Below, piece by piece: positions 1-5,860 of a DNA stretch of 10,280 nt. Origin of the DNA: Methanothrix sp. (GTDB taxonomy: Archaea > Halobacteriota > Methanosarcinia > Methanotrichales > Methanotrichaceae); contig JAXGJB010000054.1 in assembly GCA_040770465.1 (NCBI GenBank), positions 1-10,280 on the forward strand, written 5' to 3'. The notes under the pieces are model-generated. The model was not told the origin of the DNA. It ran no database searches and saw only the letters and a list, made by a program, of their open reading frames with translations. The translations under genes were made by a program, and so were the position numbers. Within the stretch, counting starts at the first letter, position 1, and the number at the start of each line of letters is the position of its first letter.

Positions 1-54
1 GGGTCGGACAACGTCCTGATGACCGTGGAGCTGCCAAAGCCGAGCAGGGCCTGA
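1..54 (+). CDS. Probable 3' end of an upstream gene entering the window (...GSDNVLMTVELPKPSRA*)
   Basis: Frame 1 is open from base 1 to TGA at 52-54 with GC-rich third positions like the other genes. Only 17 codons are visible, so no product can be assigned. Confidence 0.4.
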   Translation, partial: GSDNVLMTVELPKPSRA

Positions 55-61
55 AGGGAAA

Positions 62-126
62 GCGCAGAGCTGAGCCGAGTTTAGCTGAGCAGAGCAGGGC
101 CGACCGAGGAGGGGCAGGGCAGAACC
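62..126. repeat. Degenerate pentamer tandem repeat, consensus G(A/G)GCN
   Basis: In 5-nt register from 62: gcgca gagct gagcc gagtt tagct gagca gagca gggcc gaccg aggag gggca gggca gaacc. GAGCAGGGCC occurs at both 42-51 and 92-101. Confidence 0.55.
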
Positions 127-139
127 CGATCCTCCCCCT

Positions 140-165
140 CAATCATCTCCCCACAATCATCCCCA
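140..165. repeat. Short imperfect tandem duplication
   Basis: CAATCATCTCCCCA (140-153) is followed directly by CAATCATCCCCA (154-165). Confidence 0.5.
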
Positions 166-166
166 C

Positions 167-181
167 CACAAAGTTATTTAT
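167..181 (+). promoter_or_regulatory. Putative archaeal BRE/TATA promoter of the AI-2E gene (possibly an AI-2E-mtaB operon)
   Basis: CACAAAG followed by TTATTTAT (174-181), the clearest TATA-like box in this spacer, about 35 nt upstream of the TTG at 217. Confidence 0.45.
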
Positions 182-216
182 CGATTGATGGTCCAGTCAG
201 GCCTGGGGCAAATTAC

Positions 217-1437
217 TTGGAGAAAGATCTTCGATCCCAGCTAGCCGAGAACGCCTGGATCATTCTGCCCATCCTTTTCATACTTCTCCTCATATCCTAC
301 TTCCTCTTCCCCCTCATGGACGGGATCATCCTGGGGGTCGTCTTCGCCTACGTGGCAAGGCCGATAAGAGACAAGTTCGGACGGCGAAGACGCCTCGGCT
401 CGGTGGTCGCCACCACCGCCATCATCCTCCCCATCATCCTAATCCTGGGCCTCGGCGGGGTCGAGGTGATATCCCAGCTGAACTGGATGGTGGAAAACCA
501 GGGCGAGATCATCCGGAGGGTCGGAGCCTTCCTCAGTGGCCTCGAGATCCCCCTCGAAAATAGCGAGCTTCTCTCCGCCATATACGAGATCCCCCCCCGG
601 ATCTACGAGGACCTGACGGGAAGCCTCAGGACGATGATAGAGCTTTTGGCAAGGATCCTCTCTAGCTTTCCCGTATTCTCGTACGGGATGTCCCTCGTCC
701 TCACTGCCCTCAACCTGATAGCCTCGGTATACGTCTGCTACTTCCTCCTCATGGACGGTGGAAGGCTGGCAAGAGGTGTCCTCACCATCCTCCCCTCTGA
801 GAACATATCAGTCTACAAAAAGTACAGCACCAGGATCGACAGCATCCTCTCCGGCATATTCATCGGGGCGATCTACACCGCCATCGTCAGCGGCCTGATA
901 TCTGCCACGGTCTTCTACGCCTTCGGGATACCAAGACCCTTCGCCCTCGCCAGCATCGTCTTCATATCAGGGATGATCCCGGTCCTCTCGTCGTGGCTTG
1001 TGATAATCCCCATAACCCTCTATCGATACTTCGAGCTGGGACTCTTCGACGCCCTCTTCTTCTTCGCCGTCGCCACCGCCTTTATTTACCTACCCTCGGA
1101 CCTGATCATAAGGCCCTACATAGTCTCCACGAAGTCGACGATCCATCCCTTGCTCGTCATCCTCTCCTTCGTCGGCGGGGTGCTGGTGGCGGGGATCGGC
1201 GGGTTCTTCCTGGCCCCCGCCCTGATGGGGATCGTGGTGGGGGTGTACCAGGTCCACAAAGAGGAGAAGACCGGCTCTCTGGATACTTCCCTGGAGGCAG
1301 ATGGGGCCGAAGACTGGCCGGGAGGCGAAGATGCATCCGAGGATGAGGGAGCAGCCCACGGGGCAGAGGTGCAGGAAGAACATCACGGAGACGAAAGTCT
1401 CGAAGATGACACCGGACTGCAAACCTCGGGACCGTAG
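217..1437 (+). CDS. AI-2E (UPF0118/PerM) family membrane transporter
   Basis: 406 aa with multiple hydrophobic segments. Family-typical motifs: N-terminal 'GVVFAYVARP', 'YFLLMDG', 'MIPVLS', 'DLIIRPYI', and 'IHPLLVILSFVGG...GIGGFFLAP'. TTG start, exact start uncertain. Long acidic C-terminal tail. Confidence 0.9.
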   Translation: MEKDLRSQLAENAWIILPILFILLLISYFLFPLMDGIILGVVFAYVARPIRDKFGRRRRLGSVVATTAIILPIILILGLGGVEVISQLNWMVENQGEIIRRVGAFLSGLEIPLENSELLSAIYEIPPRIYEDLTGSLRTMIELLARILSSFPVFSYGMSLVLTALNLIASVYVCYFLLMDGGRLARGVLTILPSENISVYKKYSTRIDSILSGIFIGAIYTAIVSGLISATVFYAFGIPRPFALASIVFISGMIPVLSSWLVIIPITLYRYFELGLFDALFFFAVATAFIYLPSDLIIRPYIVSTKSTIHPLLVILSFVGGVLVAGIGGFFLAPALMGIVVGVYQVHKEEKTGSLDTSLEADGAEDWPGGEDASEDEGAAHGAEVQEEHHGDESLEDDTGLQTSGP

Positions 1438-1470
1438 ATCTGCTGGGCAGCGGCTAGAAGGCTCGAAGAT

Positions 1471-2697
1471 ATGAGATTCTACCTTGAGACCTACGGCTGC
1501 ACCGCAAACCAGGGGAACTCCGACGCCTTCAGCTCTGCCCTTATGGAGAGGGGGCACCTTCCCTCACCGCTGGAGAAGGCCGATTTGGTGATCGTCAACA
1601 CCTGCGCCGTCACCGAAAAGACCGAGAGGAAGATGGTGAAGAGGCTATCCCAGCTCCAGGGCAAAAAGCTGATCATAGCCGGCTGCCTCCCATCGGCGAT
1701 CCCCGAGGCGGTCCGGGATATGCCCTGCAGAGAGGTAGTGGGGGTACTCGACCGGCCCGCGGCCATCAGAATCGGCGATTCATTCCCCCCCGAAGAGCCG
1801 AGATCGCGGCGCCTCAAGCCAGCCGAAAAACTCTGCGCCGTCGTCAACATCTCGGAGGGATGCGCCGGAGAGTGCAGCTACTGCATCGTCAGACGGGCTA
1901 GAGGGGAGCTTTTGAGCAGGAGCGTCGGAGAGGTGGCTGAAGAGGTCCGCCGCCGCCTGAAGGAGGGAGCGGTGGAGGTTCAGCTCGCCTCTCAGGATGC
2001 CGCCGCCTACGGCCTGGACATGGGATCGAGCCTCCCGGAGCTTATCGATGCAGTCACCGGGATAGAGGGCGACTTCAGAGTGAGGATCGGGATGATGAAC
2101 CCGGACCGTTTGAGCCCCATCCTCGGCGACCTGATCCGCTCTTACGAGGACCCCAAGGTCTACAAGTTTCTCCACATCCCCGTCCAGTCCGGTTCGGAGA
2201 GGGTCCTCAGGTCCATGAGGAGGGGGTACTCGCCCCGAGATTTTCTGGATATGGCGGCAAGTTTCAGGGCATCCTTTCCCGATCTGACGCTCTACACCGA
2301 CGTCATCGCGGGCTTTCCTGGTGAGACCGATGAGGATTTCAGGGCCACCGAGCTTTTGATCAGGAAGATAGAGCCCGATAAGGTCAACGTCACCATGTAC
2401 TCCCCGCGGCCCGGAACTTTGGCCAACGACCTCGAGGATATGCCATCGAGGTTCAAGAAGGAAAGATCAAGACGGATCACCCGGCTCTGGCAGGAGATCG
2501 CGGGGCGGAGAAACGGCCGTTATCTCGAAGAGACGATCATCGCGCAGGTGACGGAGATGGGAAGGGAGGAAACCGCGATGGCGAGGTCGGAGAACTACAG
2601 GAAGATCGTCGTTTGCGAGCCGCTTCCTCTCGGGAGCGTCCACGAGTTCGAGATCGTCAAGACGACCCCCTTCTACCTTGTAGGAGAGGTGGTCTGA
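1471..2697 (+). CDS. mtaB: MiaB-like radical SAM tRNA methylthiotransferase, archaeal MtaB/CDKAL1 type (t6A37 to ms2t6A37)
   Basis: N-terminal UPF0004 domain with three Cys (TYGCTAN, VNTC, AGC), radical SAM CxxxCxxC motif (CAGECSYC, 1861-1884), 'RIGMMNP', 'FLHIPVQSGS', 'GFPGETDEDF', 'YSPRPGT', and a C-terminal TRAM-like region. It lacks the GCQMN motif typical of MiaB. Confidence 0.88.
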   Translation: MRFYLETYGCTANQGNSDAFSSALMERGHLPSPLEKADLVIVNTCAVTEKTERKMVKRLSQLQGKKLIIAGCLPSAIPEAVRDMPCREVVGVLDRPAAIRIGDSFPPEEPRSRRLKPAEKLCAVVNISEGCAGECSYCIVRRARGELLSRSVGEVAEEVRRRLKEGAVEVQLASQDAAAYGLDMGSSLPELIDAVTGIEGDFRVRIGMMNPDRLSPILGDLIRSYEDPKVYKFLHIPVQSGSERVLRSMRRGYSPRDFLDMAASFRASFPDLTLYTDVIAGFPGETDEDFRATELLIRKIEPDKVNVTMYSPRPGTLANDLEDMPSRFKKERSRRITRLWQEIAGRRNGRYLEETIIAQVTEMGREETAMARSENYRKIVVCEPLPLGSVHEFEIVKTTPFYLVGEVV

Positions 2698-2698
2698 T

Positions 2699-2751
2699 GG
2701 ACCAGCAGCTGCCTGATTGGTCCGGCGTTTCAGTTTCAATCTCATCTTTTT
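2699..2751 (+). terminator. Putative terminator after mtaB
   Basis: GGACCA (2699-2704) / TGGTCC (2718-2723) stem directly after the stop, then pyrimidine-rich sequence ending in T5 (2747-2751). Confidence 0.4.
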
Positions 2752-2897
2752 AGAGAAGGGATCGTCGATTTGGCCCGAGATTATCTATAGCCCTCCAATT
2801 CGGCCTCTTTTGCCGATACTAAATCCGGGACGAAGTCGGAGATTACGCAATCTTCACTTAAAATTATTTTTTTATAATTACCCAAATTCTTGACACT

Positions 2898-2951
2898 ATA
2901 ACGATTAACAAAGCAGTAACTTTATTAATCATGAACATTGTTAATCGTGAT
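2898..2951 (+). promoter_or_regulatory. Putative promoter of acs copy 1: TATA box bracketed by an inverted repeat
   Basis: TTTATTAA at 2921-2928 lies between ATAACGATTAACAA (2898-2911) and TTGTTAATCGTGAT (2938-2951), which are 13/14 complementary. An alternative TATA-like TTTATAAT is at 2871-2878. Confidence 0.6.
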
Positions 2952-3097
2952 GGTTCTGCTCGATTGCACGTGATGAGTGGAAAGAATGTTGGGCGGCCTT
3001 GAAGGCAGACATTCCAGATGCCGAAGGAGGATATGCCCAGCATATGGGAGAGACGGAGCGCAAATATCCGAATCTGTAGGATAAGGAGGGTCTAAAA
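2952..3097 (+). promoter_or_regulatory. Predicted long 5' leader of acs copy 1 with SD AGGAGG (3084-3089)
   Basis: Transcription start inferred about 30 nt from the start of the TATA box. SD lies 8 nt before the TTG. Local hairpins at 2984-3014, 3031-3045 and 3065-3083. Confidence 0.5.
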
Positions 3098-5098
3098 TTG
3101 GCTGAAAAGGTAGAGAAGAAGGGGAAGACGAAGGTTCTGATGGAGGAGACGAGACTCTTCGAGCCCCCGAAGGAATTGGTCGAGAAATCCAACGTCATGC
3201 AGTGGATGAAGAAGAAGGGCTTCAAAACCGAGAAGGAGATGCGAAAGTGGTGTTCTGACAATTATCTTGAGTTCTGGGACGAGATGGCCAAGACCTATGC
3301 CGACTGGTTCAAACCTTACTCCAAGGTCATGGACGATTCGGATAAGCCCTACTTCAAATGGTTCACCGGCGGCCTCATCAACATGACCCACAACGCCGTG
3401 GACCGCCACGCCAAAGGGGCCAAGAAGGACAAAGTGGCCTACATCTGGGTCCCCGAGCCGACGGACCAGGCCACCCAGAAGATCACCTACGGCGAGCTGG
3501 CAAAAGAGGTGAACAAGTTCGCCAACGGCCTCAAGAGCCTCGGCGTCACGAAGGGCGACAGGGTCAGCCTCTACATGCCCATGATCCCCCAGCTCCCCAT
3601 CGCCATGCTGGCCATCGCCAAGATCGGGGCCATCCACAGCATAGTATTCTCCGGATTCAGCGCCAAGGGGTTCGGCGACAGGGTGAAGGACTGCGAGGCG
3701 AAGGTGGCCATCACCACCGACGGCTTCTATCGACGTGGAAAGCCGATGCCATTGAAGGCGAACGCCGACGAGGCCATCGCCGATGCTCCGAGCGTCGAGC
3801 ACCTGATCGTCTACAAGAGGACGGGCATCGACGTGGCGTGGAAGGAAGGAAGAGACATCTGGTGGCACGACCTGGTTAAGGGCAAGTCCGAGGAGTGCGA
3901 AGCAGAGAAGCTCGACCCCGAGCACAGGCTCTTCATCCTCTACACCTCCGGCACCACAGGTAAGCCCAAGGGGATAGAGCACGCCCAGGGAGGATACTGC
4001 GTCGGTCCGGCCCAGACGCTCCACTGGGTATTTGACCTGAAGGACGACGACGTATGGTGGTGCACCGCAGATATCGGATGGATCACAGGCCACTCCTACA
4101 TCGTATATGGGCCGTTATGTCTCGGCGTGACCGGCATCATGTACGAGGGGTCTCCTGACTTCCCGGACTTCGGAAGATGGTGGAATCTGATCCAGGATCA
4201 CAAGGTCACAGTCCTCTACACCGCCCCCACGGCTATACGTATGTTCATGAAGCAGGGACCGGAGTGGCCTGCCAAGTACGACCTCTCGAGCCTGCGGCTC
4301 CTTGGGTCGGTCGGCGAGCCGATCAACCCGGAGGCCTGGATGTGGTATCGTGAGCACATAGGAGGAGGCAAGCTCCAGATCATGGACACCTGGTGGCAGA
4401 CGGAGACTGGAACCTTCATCTGCTCGCCGCTGCCGATAACCCCGCTGAAGCCCGGGTCGTGCACCTTCCCGCTTCCGGGATTCAACACCACCATCTACGA
4501 CGAGCTTGGAAACGAGGTGCCTCTTGGGGAGGGCGGCAACATCGTCAACGAGACGCCGTGGCCTTCGATGCTCAGAGCCTTCTACGGCGACAAAGAGAGG
4601 TACCAGAAAGAGTACTGGGAGATGTACTGGGAAACGCCCAAACGCGGCACCTACCTCGCCGGCGACAAGGCCACCAGGGACAAGGACGGCTACTTCTGGA
4701 TCCAGGGCAGAATCGACGACGTTCTGAGCGTCGCCGGTCACAGGATCGCCAACGCCGAGGTGGAGTCCGCCATCGTGGCCCATCCCAAAGCCGCTGAGGC
4801 CGCCGTCGTCGGAAAGCCCGACGAGATCAAGGGCGAGTCGATCGTCGCCTTCGTCATACTGAAGGTGGGCGTCGATCCGAGCCCGGAGCTGGCCAAGGAC
4901 GTGATAAGCCACGTGAGGAAGACCCTCGGCCCCGTGGCTGCGCCGACGGAGGTCCATTTCGTCAACGACCTGCCCAAGACGAGGAGCGGCAAGATCATGC
5001 GCCGTGTTGTCAAGGCCAAAGCCCTCGGCAACCCCACCGGCGACACCTCCGCTCTCGCCAACCCCGAGGCTGTAGAAGGCATACCGCTCATCGTTTAG
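3098..5098 (+). CDS. acs: Acetyl-CoA synthetase, AMP-forming (acetate--CoA ligase), copy 1
   Basis: 666 aa. AMP-binding motif [39 protein letters not shown], and [11 protein letters not shown] containing the catalytic Lys. TTG start with AGGAGG. Confidence 0.97.
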   Translation: MAEKVEKKGKTKVLMEETRLFEPPKELVEKSNVMQWMKKKGFKTEKEMRKWCSDNYLEFWDEMAKTYADWFKPYSKVMDDSDKPYFKWFTGGLINMTHNAVDRHAKGAKKDKVAYIWVPEPTDQATQKITYGELAKEVNKFANGLKSLGVTKGDRVSLYMPMIPQLPIAMLAIAKIGAIHSIVFSGFSAKGFGDRVKDCEAKVAITTDGFYRRGKPMPLKANADEAIADAPSVEHLIVYKRTGIDVAWKEGRDIWWHDLVKGKSEECEAEKLDPEHRLFILYTSGTTGKPKGIEHAQGGYCVGPAQTLHWVFDLKDDDVWWCTADIGWITGHSYIVYGPLCLGVTGIMYEGSPDFPDFGRWWNLIQDHKVTVLYTAPTAIRMFMKQGPEWPAKYDLSSLRLLGSVGEPINPEAWMWYREHIGGGKLQIMDTWWQTETGTFICSPLPITPLKPGSCTFPLPGFNTTIYDELGNEVPLGEGGNIVNETPWPSMLRAFYGDKERYQKEYWEMYWETPKRGTYLAGDKATRDKDGYFWIQGRIDDVLSVAGHRIANAEVESAIVAHPKAAEAAVVGKPDEIKGESIVAFVILKVGVDPSPELAKDVISHVRKTLGPVAAPTEVHFVNDLPKTRSGKIMRRVVKAKALGNPTGDTSALANPEAVEGIPLIV

Positions 5099-5121
5099 AT
5101 GAGCGATCCTTTCTTATTTTT
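5085..5121 (+). terminator. Putative terminator of acs copy 1
   Basis: Perfect 8-bp stem CGCTCATC (5085-5092) / GATGAGCG (5098-5105) around the stop codon, followed by TTTCTTATTTTT (5110-5121). Confidence 0.7.
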
Positions 5122-5409
5122 GCATTCAATCCAACCTGTGCCTTGTCTCCTGAGCTTATCGTCTTCGATGAAAGCAGGACTTTTGTCGGCCATATATTTA
5201 GTCCGAACACGAAGAGCTCTTTATTGAAAATGCAAAGCAATTTGTAATTATCATTTCAACAATTAGCATCTCAATAAGAACGCGAATCGGGTTTGTGAGA
5301 TGTTTAGATATATAAAATTCAAACTATGGAGAATAATACTTCACCTCACCAAGCTGAAAAGGGCATGTAAAAAAGGGCTTTGGGGCGACTGGCCCGCCGA
5401 ATAGAAATT

Positions 5410-5425
5410 TAAATTATATAATTTA
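5410..5425. promoter_or_regulatory. Perfect 16-bp AT palindrome, possible protein-binding site or TATA element
   Basis: TAAATTATATAATTTA is its own reverse complement. Function is not demonstrated. Confidence 0.35.
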
Positions 5426-5597
5426 TATTAACTACCTTTATATTATACCGGGTGCCTTTTTATATCAGTATGACAACGATTTGACCTGAGTTGGCGGAGG
5501 CAGACTATCAATTATCGTCGAATTAAAAGCATCCCAATTGAAGTTCTTGTTCTCGAAATATGCAAATCCGCATTTAGAATTAAGTTTTTAAGATATT

Positions 5598-5664
5598 CTT
5601 AATAATTGTGCCGAATACATCATGATAAATCATTATAATATTCGTTCTCGATAGATTTATAAAC
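5598..5664 (+). promoter_or_regulatory. Promoter of acs copy 2 (upstream conserved block plus BRE/TATA)
   Basis: TTTATAAA at 5656-5663. 5645-5664 matches 8282-8301 at 17/20, and 5598-5638 matches 8233-8273 at 30/41 without gaps. Confidence 0.75.
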
Positions 5665-5685
5665 AAAGGAAGTATAGAGTACGCC

Positions 5686-5853
5686 GGTGTTTCCAGAGCG
5701 ACTCCACGGTGTGGAGGGGATATTCCGACAATGGTCGCCCGAGTGCGTTCAATTATCCCGAAAGACTGGATCTAAACGCGGATCTATCGGTAGATGGATC
5801 TGGTAATCGGTGTGGAGGAGCGGGAACATCTCAATTTGAGGGCTAAAAGGAGG
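5686..5853 (+). promoter_or_regulatory. Predicted structured 5' leader of acs copy 2, SD AGGAGG 5848-5853
   Basis: Begins GGTGTTTCC about 30 nt from the TATA start. 5686-5707 can pair with 5812-5830. Internal stems: 5717-5722/5754-5759, 5726-5737 and 5782-5795. Confidence 0.6.
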
Positions 5854-5860
5854 ATTTTAA

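Noticed and set aside
2840-2879. Short palindromes AGATT-acgc-AATCT (2840-2853) and AATTAT-T6-ATAATT (2862-2879)
   Set aside because: Short arms in AT-rich DNA with no counterpart seen in the other two acs promoters, so they cannot be separated from chance.
3044-3100. ATG at 3044 is in frame with acs1 with a single TAG (3077-3079) between them, suggesting possible pyrrolysine or amber read-through
   Set aside because: A well-spaced SD sits directly before TTG 3098, the N-terminus matches the other paralogues (MAE), no pyl genes are in view, and the pyl system is associated with methylamine users rather than obligate aceticlastic Methanothrix.
5300-5404. 34-codon + strand ORF (MFRYIKFKLWRIILHLTKLKRACKKGLWGDWPAE*)
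   Set aside because: No SD, AT-rich codon usage unlike real genes here, and a length expected by chance.
5693-5702. K-turn in the acs2 leader (3-nt bulge plus tandem GA)
   Set aside because: Two Watson-Crick pairs separate the bulge from the tandem G.A pairs, which does not fit the canonical K-turn, and the motif is not evident in the acs3 leader.
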